Source: Octopus vulgaris (Eukaryota). Taken from it: a DNA stretch of 64,000 bases. The translations under genes and the position numbers were made by a program. Each line of letters starts with the position of its first letter. Position 1 is the first letter of the stretch. Positions 14,885 through 27,365 of the stretch are shown piece after piece. The stretch is from contig OX597817.1 in assembly GCA_951406725.2 (NCBI GenBank), forward strand, positions 134,664,001 through 134,728,000. The letters are read 5' to 3'. A model generated the notes under the pieces. The model ran no database searches and was not told the DNA's origin. It was given only the letters and a program-made list of their open reading frames with translations.

Positions 14885-15998
14885 AGTTCTTATTTCTTTA
14901 ATTAGGCATAAGGCTTCAATAGAGAAGAGACAACACAAAAACAGACAAAACAATACATGTGGTATGAAAATGACAATGAAATGGCTTACCTTCTCCAAAG
15001 AAGGTAGTTCCATTTTACTGTTTTTAAATGCACAGTTCATATCGGTCTTGTATCCGTTGGTTTATAACATATACTATATTAACTCCTCGAAGGCCACCAC
15101 CGACGGCAATTCGTCGTAACCAATGTATATTCCTGTCATCTCTATTCTTTCGCCAAACAACTCCTTCAGTTTCTCTCCTCTTTCTTTTCCCACCAAAACA
15201 GCTTTAAAACCTTCGTTACACTCTTTGGCCATTAATTTTACTCTTATAACGTTCTTCCACAATTTTGTGGAGCTCCGGCAGGTTGATATGGACCGACACC
15301 TCCAGTCCATACCTCCGTCGTTCTCGATATATTTAATACCTGAGTGTCTTCCTCTGTGTTATACAGGATGACTGCCATCAGTCATGCCTCATCAATTTCT
15401 GGGGCCACTTTACATATTCTTACTCTGGCCGCACGTTTTCCACAGTAAATAGGTAGCAGTACCCACTAGGCTGATCTCAACGCCACAGAGGAGTTTTTTC
15501 CTCACTTCTTCTTCTCTTACAAAGAGTACCTCCACTGTGCCGTATTTCTTTCCTCTCGTGTAATATGATGTTATATACTTTATCTCCCGTAGACATTCCT
15601 CTACCGCTTCCTCCGCTGCTACTTCAATTTTGCCTCATTCAGCTTTCTAAATAATTGTCCTTTTTTCAGTTTTTTTCAAGTATTTCTTTAAGAGGTGTCA
15701 ACCTCAGGCTGTTCCCCTCCTTCATCAGCAAACCGTTATATTTTTTGAAATTCTCCTTTAATTCGATTTCTTGGACCAACAGTACCTCTACTGACAGGCC
15801 TTTGCCAGTCACCGAAGCGTAACTCCCCGCTGGTTTACTTTCCATCACGGTAGTATTCATAACTTCACCCATCAATGGGAAGAAAAAAATAAGAGCCAGT
15901 TAACAACAATTCCAGTTAATAACTGTTAAAAATTTCAGTAAAATAATAATACAACAAAACTCACATGGAGCGAACACACTTCTGACACAGCTCGGAAT
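14885..15998 (-). mobile_element. Probable L1/Tx1-type ORF1-only derivative (decayed)
   Basis: Frameshifted minus-strand peptide SYASVTGK...RGKKYGTVEVLF...WVLLPIYCGKRAARVRICKVAPEIDE resembles an L1-clade ORF1 RRM-like region. Its 3' end (TTTGTC...AGCCTT...AAAGAAATAA) resembles the Tx1 tails at 41193 and 42551. Confidence 0.5.
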
Positions 15999-16174
15999 CA
16001 ATTAATATTCAAAAACAACACTAACAACAACGCCAACGTCCTCTCGATGATTGGCCAAAGAGGATTTTTGAAATGAGAATATCTGAAATAATCTCGACTG
16101 CTCTCACAACGTTCCACCCACAAAAGGATGTTTCAAAAATATGATTCAAAAATATGATTCAAACTATATATATA

Positions 16175-16565
16175 TAGAGGGAAACCACTATGTGGAAGCC
16201 CTTATGCTAGAAATAGATCCACTATGATCTTATCATACCGATGATCTATGGACATTTATATAAGTAAAATTACGTAATATGTTAATAGTGAACATGTATG
16301 CGAATAATCCATATTTTTATTGATTTTTCTTTTGTCTTGCCCGATTACGTTTTGGTTATTTTGCAACATTTTTCTGGAGAACATTTCTTAGTGGTAAGAC
16401 CATAATGGTCCTATTTCTAGCATAAGGGTGTCCACATAGTGGTTTCCCTCTAATATGTATTAATACAATTTTACTGAACCATCAGTTTTTTTATATGCTA
16501 GGCCACTGGTGCGAAATCGATGTTAATTAAATTAATATCTAATTTCTCACTCTCATTTTAAATTT
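16175..16565 (+). mobile_element. (TA)n-inserted PLE-like unit with 5' inverted segment and decayed hammerhead
   Basis: 16175-16235 is an inverted copy of 16392-16452. Hammerhead remnant CCGATGA...AAAA-TTACGTAA-TA at 16234-16283. Tail TGCTAGGCCACTGGTG...TTTCTCACTCT, then (TA)n. Confidence 0.6.
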
Positions 16566-17224
16566 ATATATATATATATATATTAAATGACTCTTATTTG
16601 TTATAATCTCCGCTAAAACGAAAGAACGCAAAGTAAGCGTATGTCTGAAACTGAACCAGGTTCCGCCATTTTCGGAACGCTCTATTTCCAAGGACGCAGT
16701 GACATTGTTTCGTTTCAATGTAGAATCTAATTTAGAACATGCCGGGAAATGTATAAACTAAGCGTGGAAATAAATATGAAGGCCAGATGTTGTAAATGTT
16801 CCACGGTACTTTTTACTGTTACCGTCAGCTGGCAACTAGACAAGTCACGTCAACAGTTGAACTAAATAAAAATAATGGTAACGAGGATTTCTTTGGCACA
16901 AGGCCACATCTCTTTAGGGTAGAGTAGCAGACGATAGACTCGTCTACAGTATATTCTTGTTACCTTATGAAAGACGACTTTAAATCCGGTAGAATTTGTT
17001 CTCAGAGCCAATAGAATCGGAATCAAATATTGCGAGAAGTTCAATATAACTTTCACTTTTCATGTAACCCTCATTTAATCAGCTCCTGGGTACGTTCGTC
17101 CTGGAGCCCCTTGATTTCTGGAACCTGTGTACGAACATTGAATGAGACTTGGAGTACTCGACGATTATAAATTTCACTGGAAGTTACCCAGTATCTTGGA
17201 GTAGTCAGAAGTTATGTATTGGCT

Positions 17225-17644
17225 TAGTAATGATGTGTGTGGTTAACAATCTTGCCTTACAATCAGCTGGTTTCGATTCCAATTCCACCACTACGTGGTA
17301 CCTTAGGCAAGGGTCTTCTACTTATTCCTGAACAAATATCTTCAACTATAGCATCGAGCCTCATCAATGCTATGTAAGTGAATGTGGTAGACGGAAATTC
17401 CGAGGAAGCTCATCGTAAAGATGTGTGTGTGTGTGTGTGTGTATGTGTGTGTGTGTGTGTTCACCCACCACCGCTTGATAACCGGTATTAGGTAACTTAG
17501 CCGTCCGGCAAGAGATGAGAGCAAAAATGTACCGTACTTTAGAATATGCACTGGTATCAATTTGTTCAACTGAAAACGAAAACACTTCAAGAGATGCCCC
17601 AGCAATGGCCGCAGTCCGATGACCGAAACAAGTAAATGATAAAA
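17225..17644 (+). mobile_element. SINE family A, degenerate
   Basis: GTGTGGTTAAC...CACTACGTGGTACCTTAGGCAAG...(TG)n...GTAACTTAGCCGTCCGGCAA...GATGCCCCAGCAATGGCCGCAGTCCGATGACCGAAACAAGTAAA. Confidence 0.75.
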
Positions 17645-18486
17645 GCTTCCAGACTTCTGCAACCATTTCAAGGAGGCATTTCTGCTATGGGAAATATAGA
17701 GAGCAGGTGTAGGAAAGGCAAACTGTAGAGTAGTAATGTGCCTAGGGTTAATTAATAACACGTCTCGGGAAAGATTCTCAAAACAGTATTTTATTTTGAT
17801 CTCGAAAAAAAAAAGAAGTTTAACGCAGCAAATCTTTCGAAAAATATTTGTCTCTGAAAGACAGTAAAGAAAGAAATCTCGAGATAATTTAAGAATACAG
17901 CGCTTTTGGTAGGTGTTGCTAACCTGATGTAAATGAAAAGCTTATCTTAATTCTGTATGGCTATCACGTAAATGAGGCGAAGTTTTCTCGTTAGTATCTA
18001 ATGCTAAGAAACATAAACTTTAAAATCTTCAGACATATTTCTACCCCAGAGGAATTCGAGCTCAAATACTATTTACGGCTAACACATAGTGTAGCATAAC
18101 ACTCGATACGTAATATCGAGTCCAGATTTTAAGTCTCACTCAAGCTGGTCAAGGAAAGAATGGTTATTGCACTACGTTTTACTAATAAGTGTATTTAGTT
18201 ATTAATTTATTTATTTGTGACAGAAGGTCGTGTGAGCTGTCTCCCCTTAAAATATCTTATCTTCCTCGACTCGAAATATACGAAAGCTTAATTGTGTCTG
18301 ATCCAGTGAGATGTTTGGATACAATCCTGTTTTTCTTTGTAGAAGGTGTTCATGATCGACTTACAGAGTGAGCTGTTTGGTTTTGAATCTTAAACAAACA
18401 CATTTTCAATAATAGAATACATTTTACAATTCTTTGTTATAAAATGTCTATCTATATGTCGGCATATCTATCTCACTGTCTATCTA

Positions 18487-18551
<65 letters not shown>

Positions 18552-18565
18552 CTCTCTTTCTCTTA

Positions 18566-18634
<69 letters not shown>

Positions 18635-18659
18635 ATATCATATCTATCATCTATATCTA

Positions 18660-18711
<52 letters not shown>

Positions 18712-18720
18712 CAGAAGATG

Positions 18721-18777
<57 letters not shown>

Positions 18778-19289
18778 AAATGCGAGGTGCATGCCTATTT
18801 GGTGTTAATAAGCTCCGACAGATTCGAATGTGAATATACTAATTGCTGTTGCTTATCGTCACAGGAGACCAGCCTCTCCTTTGCAACGAATATGTATTCA
18901 TAAAACATGCTAATGATTCCGGCGTTATGTATAAACAATGGATGCACAACCCATCGTCTTGTTTCTTGCTGTTCACAGTCCTTCAGACCATTTATTTTCA
19001 CTTGGCAGATATCAGCACCGTTATTCGTTGTGGTTGTAAAAATGAGCTTCGCCTCTTGTTAGATTCATTAAACCAGGGGTGCCTCTTGTTGACGAGATAC
19101 AGCGCTGGCGAAACGTCAGATGTCCCAGAGTGCCCTGCAATAATGAATGTTATAAACAAACATTCAGCGAATAGAAGTTGATCTCAGGTGATGAGACATA
19201 ACAGTGATTACTATAAACACCTTCCGATTTGCCGCAACGTATTTAGCATAAATACACAAGACATTATTTTGATCTTCACAGTTCACATA

Positions 19290-19322
<33 letters not shown>

Positions 19323-19346
19323 ATATATATGTGTGTGTATGTGTGT

Positions 19347-19394
<48 letters not shown>

Positions 19395-19397
<3 letters not shown>

Positions 19398-19575
19398 AGA
19401 ATAAGCACGTAAATGTGAAATGAGGTGAAGAAAATAGTACTCGAATTCCGGAGGTAGAGTAATATGCTTTAATAGTAAAGCTGCAAAATTTCTCAACCAA
19501 AACTGTCCGACGTACGAGAACCTAAAACCCCGAGTAGCTGTTTTTGCGATATTTTTGCAGCTTTATTAATAAGAT
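19395..19575. mobile_element. (TA)n-flanked PLE-like unit with inversion and decayed hammerhead
   Basis: Inverted pair TAATAGTAAAGCTGCAAAA / TTTTGCAGCTTTATTAATA. Plus-strand hammerhead remnant AAAACTGT-CCGACGT...AAAA-CCCCGAG-TA-GCTGTTTT at 19499-19544. The left part resembles 44445-44500 (GTACTC.AAT...AGAGTAA). Confidence 0.55.
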
Positions 19576-20030
19576 ATATATATATATATATATATGTATA
19601 TATGCTTACATATGTACATGCTTATATACTATACCTTTATATAACAAAGCTATGTGGGTGAACAGTGAAGATCAAAATGATGTCCTGTGTATTTATACTA
19701 AATACGCTCCGGCAAATTGTAACACGTTTATGCTAATAAGCATCATAATATAATGGGCGAGTAATTCGAACATTCCAATCCACGGTGAACTTATCCCTTG
19801 TAAAATATTCGTAAATATTTGCTCAACTAAACAGTAAAGAGTAGCCCGTCACTTGAATGTTAAACTGCTTTATATGAGTGTGTATTTTATCTATAAGAAC
19901 ATGCGTATATACCTATTGATGTATGTATATGTATGTGAGTGTGTATATACATACATACACACACACACACATATATATATTTTTTTTTTCGTGTTCAGTC
20001 CTTAATTGGTATATATATATATATATATAT

Positions 20031-20260
20031 ATTCTTTTATTCTTTTACTTGGTTCAGCCATATTGTTTGATTGCCCCCATGCTGGAACACCGCCTTTAGT
20101 CAAACAAATCGACCAAAGACATGTTCTTTGTAAGCCTAGCACTGTTTATCGGTCACTTCGCCGAACCGCTACTTCACAGGTATGTAAACACACCAACATC
20201 AGCTGTCAGGTGATGGTTGGAGGACAAACACAGACGAACAAATACACACACACACATACG

Positions 20261-20305
<45 letters not shown>

Positions 20306-20467
20306 GACACGCTTCTTTCAGTTTCCATCTATGAAATACACTCTCAAGTCTTTGGTCGACGGGAGGCTATAGTAGTAGACACTTGCCGAACGTGCCACGC
20401 AATGGAATTGAATCCAGAACCATGTGGTTTGGATGCAAGCTTCTTTCTACACAGCCACTACTGCGCC
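20031..20467 (-). mobile_element. SINE family A, full length
   Basis: Colinear reverse complement of 46469-46918. Confidence 0.85.
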
Positions 20468-20529
20468 TACATACATACATATACATGAATGTATGTATGT
20501 ATGTATGTATGTATGTATGTATGTACATG

Positions 20530-20947
20530 TCTCTGGAAAATCCTGGAAGGATTTGTATAAACTGTGAATACTACATAAATAGCAGAACGAGGTGTCGCTA
20601 CATATTAGCAACGATCTCAATATTGCAATCAAAATACAGGACCAGATACTGCAATTGCTTGGGTTTGAAGGGCCCACAGCTCTTTAATATCCTTTCACAA
20701 GTCCCAAGAGGCCTGCACTGAGTGGATGTAGGTGTCTTCACAACAAAACTCGGTCTCAGACTGTTGAGACTTCCTAATCAGCCTACATTGCTGCTGCAAA
20801 TGCAAATGCAGGCAGCAACATAAAACTCGCTCATTAACTAAATAGCGCCTATCCGGGGAGGTTGCAAGTAACGTGAGTATAGCAAAGCTAACGGCGGTGC
20901 CCCAGCATGGCCACTGCTCTCGAGCTGAGACCAATTGAAGAGTTGAA
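20530..20947 (+). mobile_element. CR1/L2-type LINE 3' end
   Basis: Peptide NSRTRCRY...SKYRTRYCNCLGLKGPQLFNIL...LH*VDVGVFTTKL fits the CR1-group C-terminus (G.rLfN.LP...v..FK..LD). 3' UTR is GGCGGTGCCCCAGCATGGCCAC with a short (TTGAAG) tail. Confidence 0.65.
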
Positions 20948-20958
20948 GTGTTAAGCAC

Positions 20959-21013
<55 letters not shown>

Positions 21014-21033
21014 CACACACATTCATGTATAAG

Positions 21034-21152
<119 letters not shown>

Positions 21153-21394
21153 ATATATATATATATGTATGTATATATATATACATATGTATGTATGTAT
21201 TTATATATATATATATATATATATGGAGAGAGAGAGAGAGAGAAGTATATTTGGCACTTAAATGTGGCTAAACCTTAAGGGCGGAGGCTATTGTAGCTTG
21301 TAGCCCTAGGAGGACACCTCATCCAGTCGGCTATTGACACACTTTGTGCCCTATCAGTATTTGCAAAGGAAAGTCATCCTTCTCATCTTCAACC

Positions 21395-21690
21395 TTTTGC
21401 AGAACCGCTAAGTTACGGGGACGTAATCGCACCAGCATCGGTTGTCAAGCGATGGAGGGGGACGAACAGAAATACAAACATACACACACACACATACACA
21501 CAGACACAGACACACACATACACATATATATACGATGGGTGTCTTTCAGTTTCCGTATACCAAATCCAGTCACAGGGCTTTTGTCGGCCAGAGGCTATAG
21601 AAGAAGACACTCACCCAAGGTGCCACGCAGTGGGACTGAACCCGCAACTGTGTGGTTGGTAAGCAAGCTACTTACCACATGGCCACTCCT
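21395..21690 (-). mobile_element. SINE family A, lacking 3' tail
   Basis: Reverse complement GGAGTGGCCATGTGGTAAGTAGCTTGCTTACCAACCAC...GGTTCAGTCCCACTGCGTGGCACCTTGGG. Confidence 0.85.
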
Positions 21691-21763
21691 CTTTCTCTCT
21701 TTCTCCCCTTCTCTCTCTCTATACACACACACACACACACATATATATATACATATATATATG

Positions 21764-21852
<89 letters not shown>

Positions 21853-22667
21853 TTAAAATACATACACCATATACAAATATACGCACTTACATTACATGTA
21901 TGTATACATGTCATGTATACACAAACATACGCACTTACATTATATGTGTGTATACATGAAAGTGCAAGTGCGTATGTACAAGATCCGTGCGTCAGCCCGT
22001 GAAACACTAAACGCTGCCACAAAATTCACTAAACGTTAAGCGCTAAATTTCGTTGAGAAAATTATGTAAACATTAAAAGGTTAATTATTTTACCTGAGAT
22101 GCTTAAATTGTTTTGCTGTTATCGGATCACCTAATAAACTCCCTTTACACACACTTCTCTCTTTTGCTTACTAAATAGACTTACTCATTCGCCAAGAAAA
22201 CGGTTTGTGTGTTAGCAGGGTTAGACAGGGTGAAATATATATTCCAACATTATCAGGTGATACGAATTAAACTACAGCTACCTCTAAAAACCATTATTTC
22301 TCTCTTTCACTCGTCAAATATTTTTTTCTTATTTGCTCTTTTGTTGTTTTTGTCTTATTTTTCTTTGTTGTGGTCTTGAAGAATGTAAATTCCGTCTTTA
22401 ATATAGGTAATTCCACAATTCACATTGGGAACAGTTGACTGAAATGGAATATGTCAGTTCTTTTCTTAATAAAGGCCAACAATTTAATAACCTACTGTGT
22501 AATTGCTGTTTCTAGCTTCCAGCGTCTTCAGATTTGGTTTACTCTCTCTTTTTATTCCATTTTTCGCCATATACTTTCTGTAAGAAATACATATCTGAAG
22601 ATCATATATACATACATGAATACATAAATACATATACACATACATACAAACATTCATATCATTCATG

Positions 22668-22706
<39 letters not shown>

Positions 22707-22866
22707 TAATATATGACCTACGTTGGACTCTTCATTCGCATAATCACCGAACCTGGAGCTTAACTATAGTCAGTACATAGCACTTACTCAGCATTACCTT
22801 TGGGTCGGGTCTTCCTGACACCATTACCTATCATAACCGCAATATACATACATATATATATTTACA

Positions 22867-22964
<98 letters not shown>

Positions 22965-22965
22965 T

Positions 22966-23095
22966 ATGGATAAACAATTCCTTGGCATCTCTCTTAAGGC
23001 CACACCTATTCCTTCACAAAAGACTCTTCCTCTCCAAAACTAAGGATCTAATCCGAAGAATGCGATGGAAGGCGTTTTTCCACGATAATCCAAAA
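22966..23095 (+). mobile_element. Penelope-like ORF N-terminal fragment
   Basis: [19 protein letters not shown] / [23 protein letters not shown] (one frameshift) resembles the S.KNIPIPS...RMRWKAFF N-terminus of PLE proteins as I recall it. It starts just after (TA)n. Confidence 0.5.
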
Positions 23096-23214
23096 TATAG
23101 AATTGACAATACTTAATATCCTAGAAACAGCTGTAAGACATTCTATCTATAAATGCTCTAATATCTATACAGCCTTGGTTTTTTTTATCGTATTACGCAA
23201 AAAATTCTTATGTA

Positions 23215-23414
<200 letters not shown>

Positions 23415-23626
23415 GAAAGAGAGGGGGCAAAATAAATTTGTATTAAGACAGCTCATAATTATGACTTACCTTAGATTTGTCAGAGACATTATTAAAAACA
23501 TTGAAACAAAGGGTAATTCGCAATGGTGAACTGTCTCTTTAAGTTTCTCTCTCCTCTCTCTTTCTCATCTCTCTCTCTCTCTCTGCGTGTATTTGTATTA
23601 TATATGTTTATTAAATTGTTTCAGCC

Positions 23627-23660
<34 letters not shown>

Positions 23661-23670
<10 letters not shown>

Positions 23671-23729
23671 GTATACACACACTCATATATATAGATGTAT
23701 GTATGTATGTGTGTATGTATGCATGCAAG

Positions 23730-23760
<31 letters not shown>

Positions 23761-23818
23761 GTATACACACACTCATATATATAGATGTATGTATGTATGT
23801 GTGTATGTATGCATGCAA

Positions 23819-23820
<2 letters not shown>
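23661..23820. repeat. Tandem duplication of a ~90-bp SSR-rich unit
   Basis: ATACATATGTATACACACACTCATATATATAGATGTATG...GCATGCAAGT occurs at 23661 and 23751. Confidence 0.9.
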
Positions 23821-23854
<34 letters not shown>

Positions 23855-23860
<6 letters not shown>

Positions 23861-24374
23861 AATATAAGAGAGTGGTCACTATATGGCTCACTCTAGCACC
23901 AGTTAATCCAAAAGGTTTCAACCACAAAAATACATGTTTCCCATGAAAGTCAGTACGATTGTTAGCTCACACGGACAGGGCAAATAAAAAATAACAAAAA
24001 TACAGATTATTTTGGGACAATTGTTTCGCTATTAATGAATTAAATGTAATTTTACTTACAAAAAAATCCACATTAATAGCGAAACAATTGTCCCAAAATA
24101 ATCTGTATTTTTGTTATTTTTTATTTGCCCTGTCCGTGTGAGCTAACAATCGTACTGACTTTCATGGGAAACATGTATTTTTGTGGTTGAAACCTTTTGG
24201 ATTAACTGGTGCTAGAGTGAGCCATATAGTGACCACTCTCTTATATTTATTTTGTAAAAATATTATAATATATTATAAAATATTATAATAATCCAGGTTT
24301 CTCGGAGCACTAGGCCACTTGGTGTTGAATAGATATACTATTAAATTAGTATCTAATTCTCTCACCCTTATTAA

Positions 24375-24378
<4 letters not shown>
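23855..24378 (+). mobile_element. (TA)n-inserted PLE-like unit with 183-bp inverted duplication
   Basis: Arms 23855-24037 and 24071-24253 are reverse complements with a 33-bp spacer. The inner ends carry the hammerhead 3' half GAAA-CAATTG-TC. Tail CTAGGCCACTTGGTG...CTCACCCTT, then (TA)n. Confidence 0.75.
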
Positions 24379-24432
<54 letters not shown>

Positions 24433-24443
24433 CTTATAGACTA

Positions 24444-25005
24444 GGGCAAAAAAAAATATTCTAATGCCAAATATGCCGAAAATAGATAAATCGTCAATAA
24501 CCATATAATTCATCACTATAAGCACGCGTCTCGATGTAAGCCGACAGAAATTTCTAAAAAATTCCGTTATTATCATATCGGCGCCGATTTCAGAGGTAAT
24601 TCATAAGAATGTTCTCCTCGTCAGTGATAAATACAGTAAGAAATAAATGAAATACTTACTTATACCCATGGAAAAAGCAAACACTAAGTCATGTGCATAA
24701 TTAAGTACCCAAAATATATCCAAAATAGAAATTCTCCAGCACACCTCGAGACACGTGCGATCGGACTGAAAACTCTCATAGAGTGAGAGAGTCCGGAAGT
24801 GAACACTATTAAATTTACATCTAATATAGGATAAAAGTTTTCGGAAAAAATTCTATCAATGGCCATCATATTAAAAAATACCTTGAAGGGTTCAGCATGG
24901 CCGCAGCTCTGAGCTGAAACTTAAAAAAAAAAAAAAGGGGGCAAAAGAAAAAAATTCTAATGCCAAATATGCCGAAAATAGAAAAATCGTCAATAACCAT
25001 ATAAT

Positions 25006-25008
<3 letters not shown>
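24444..25008 (-). mobile_element. PLE pLTR-like unit with ~65-bp terminal direct repeat and hammerhead
   Basis: GGGCAAAA...TTCTAATGCCAAATATGCCGAAAATAG...CCATATAAT occurs at 24444-24510 and 24937-25008. (TA)n lies on both sides. Confidence 0.65.
24570..24630 (-). ncRNA. Type I hammerhead ribozyme (apparently intact)
   Basis: Minus strand TTATCA-CTGACGA-GGAG...ATTC TTAT GAAT...CTCT-GAAA-TCGGCGCCGA-TA-TGATAA. Perfect 6-bp stem I, palindromic stem III ATCGGCGCCGAT, triplet AUA. Confidence 0.85.
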
Positions 25009-25068
<60 letters not shown>

Positions 25069-25374
25069 TATTTACATATATACTACGGTCATCAGTCAGT
25101 GCTACTACTGCTCTTTCGGCCACTAGTCATTTTCACAATTACAGCCAACGAATCTAGTCAACGCACAGAACAGTCCTTATGTTTCCTCTCCACAAAATCC
25201 ACCACGTGGATTCAGTTGAGACTAGTAAGAAATAATTATGAACTTTTTTATTACACTCAACTTTTAAAAATATTTTTGTTAAGGTTCGTTTTTTCAAGAA
25301 GAGCCTAGACATGTAAAATCTCCAAGAAAATCAAACTTTATCTTATATAGTGGCGTTTTCAAACTTCTTTTTTA

Positions 25375-25486
<112 letters not shown>

Positions 25487-25588
25487 TGGATATACATATA
25501 GAGATTGATAGATAGATAGATACATACATACATACATACGTACGTACATACATACATACATACATACATACATACATACATACATACA

Positions 25589-25624
<36 letters not shown>

Positions 25625-25654
25625 TATATTTATATATATGTGTTCAGTAATCTT

Positions 25655-26075
25655 TGGACTCGTTCGGTTACGACTTACGACGAAGAATGTTCCAGTTGAT
25701 CAGTTCAACGGAAGAACCTACTCGTGAAATCAACATGCAAGTTGATAAGCACGCGAGAGATACACGTATCATTAAGGTAGCTCTCAAGGTGATTCAGCGT
25801 GACAGAGCAGCATGACAGCGCAGCGTGACGGTGCAGCGTGACGGAGCAGCGTGAAAGAGCAGCATGACGGAGCAGCGTGACGGATCAGCGTGACGGAGCA
25901 GCGTGACGGAGCAGCGTGACGGAACAGCGTGACGGAGCAGCGTGACGGAGCAGCGTGACGGAGCAGCGTGACGGAGCAGCGTGACGGAGCAGCGTGACGG
26001 AGCAGCGTGACGGAGCAGCGTGACGGAGCAGCGTGACAGAGCATGGCCATTTGAAGTAATGACACAATTCTGTTC
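25655..26075 (-). mobile_element. SINE family D 3' part, interrupted by a minisatellite
   Basis: Reverse complement resembles the family D 3' part at 8470-8610 (GAATCACCTTGAGAGCTAC...TTAATG...TTTCACGAGTAGG). Confidence 0.65.
25794..26043. repeat. 13-bp minisatellite (GCAGCGTGACGGA) x ~19
   Basis: Directly visible. The 13-aa periodicity of ORF 25784-26092 equals three units. Confidence 0.95.
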
Positions 26076-26096
26076 GCCTTATATACGTGCATTATA

Positions 26097-26490
26097 TTAT
26101 TTTATTCTTTTATTCCTTTCTTTGTTACAGTTATTTGACTGTGGCCATACTGGAACACTACCTTTAGTCGAACAAATGGAACCCAGAATCTATTCTTTGT
26201 AAACGTAGTACTTATTCTATCGGTGTATTTTGCCGAACCGCTAAGGTACGAGGACGTAAACACACCAACATTGATTGTCAAGCGACGGTGGTGGGGACAA
26301 ACACACACACAAACATTCACACATATATATATACACGAGGGGCTTTTTCAGTTTCCGTCTACCAAATCCACTCACAAGGCTTTGGTCCCCCGAGGCCATA
26401 GAAGAAGACACTTGCCCAAGGTGCCACGCAGTGGTTCTGAAACCGGAACCATGTGGTTGGGAAGCAGGCTTCTTACCACACAGCCACTCC
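26097..26490 (-). mobile_element. SINE family A, full length
   Basis: Colinear reverse complement of 46469-46918. Confidence 0.85.
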
Positions 26491-26944
26491 TATATATACG
26501 TATGTATGAAACTTTCAGAACTTGATAGTGTTCAACCCTAGATCTCACTTGATAAATCAAATCAAGAATATTCCATCCGTGACCATCACCTTTTATTTCG
26601 TTAAGCATCTATATATTACGCAATGTATCCTCTCACTTTTAAAACGGTGGGAAATATTTTGGTTAAGATTTAGCTTCTATTTCCAGGGGAACGATAACCA
26701 TTTAGGTGGATAAAGGCTTCTCCGACACGCATGGATTATCGTGTCTCCTGCTGTTTTTATTAACTCTGTTGCCATCACAACTGTTACTGCTATTTATAGT
26801 TTCTAAAACTCCCGACAACTATTCTAATCCTACAGTTGTTTACATCATTAAAATTTAGAAAAGCCGAGAGAACGTGAAATAATTTGTTTTCAATAGTGGA
26901 ACTTGTTCGTAGTCGATAACGTTATAATTAATATCTTGTAAATG

Positions 26945-26984
26945 TTGTTGCTCCTGTTGCTACTACTACTGCTACTGCCACTAT

Positions 26985-27024
<40 letters not shown>

Positions 27025-27232
27025 GCTGCTGCTACTACTACTACTACTGCTGCTGCTACTACTACTACTACTAATACGACTACTACTATTACTACTACTA
27101 CTGGTGCTGCTGCTGCTGCTACTACTAATACTACTGCTACTACTGCTGCTGCTGCTTCTGCTGCCGCTGTTGCTGCTTCTGCTGCTGCTGCTGCTGCCGC
27201 TGCTACTGCTTCTGCTGCTGCTGCTGCTGCTG

Positions 27233-27271
<39 letters not shown>

Positions 27272-27365
27272 TTGCTACAAATAGCACTACTGTTACTTCA
27301 GTTTTAATTGCTGTTGCTGCTGCTGCCACTGCTGTTACTGCTGCTGCTGCTGCTGCTGCTGCTCC
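26945..27365. repeat. Compound (CTA)n/(CTG)n trinucleotide tract
   Basis: Directly visible; explains the poly-L and poly-A/V ORFs. Confidence 0.95.

Noticed and set aside
16175-16452. MITE with 60-bp TIRs
   Set aside because: The hammerhead remnant and the shared tail beyond the right repeat fit a PLE-type inversion better.
18843-19181. 112-aa ORF or FLYWCH/MULE-like fragment
   Set aside because: No convincing motif in any frame.
25085-25125. Type II hammerhead (GAAA...CTGATGA, minus strand)
   Set aside because: Stems II and III do not pair.
25794-26043. CRISPR-like array or repeat protein
   Set aside because: Head-to-tail 13-mers without spacers, in a eukaryotic SINE context.
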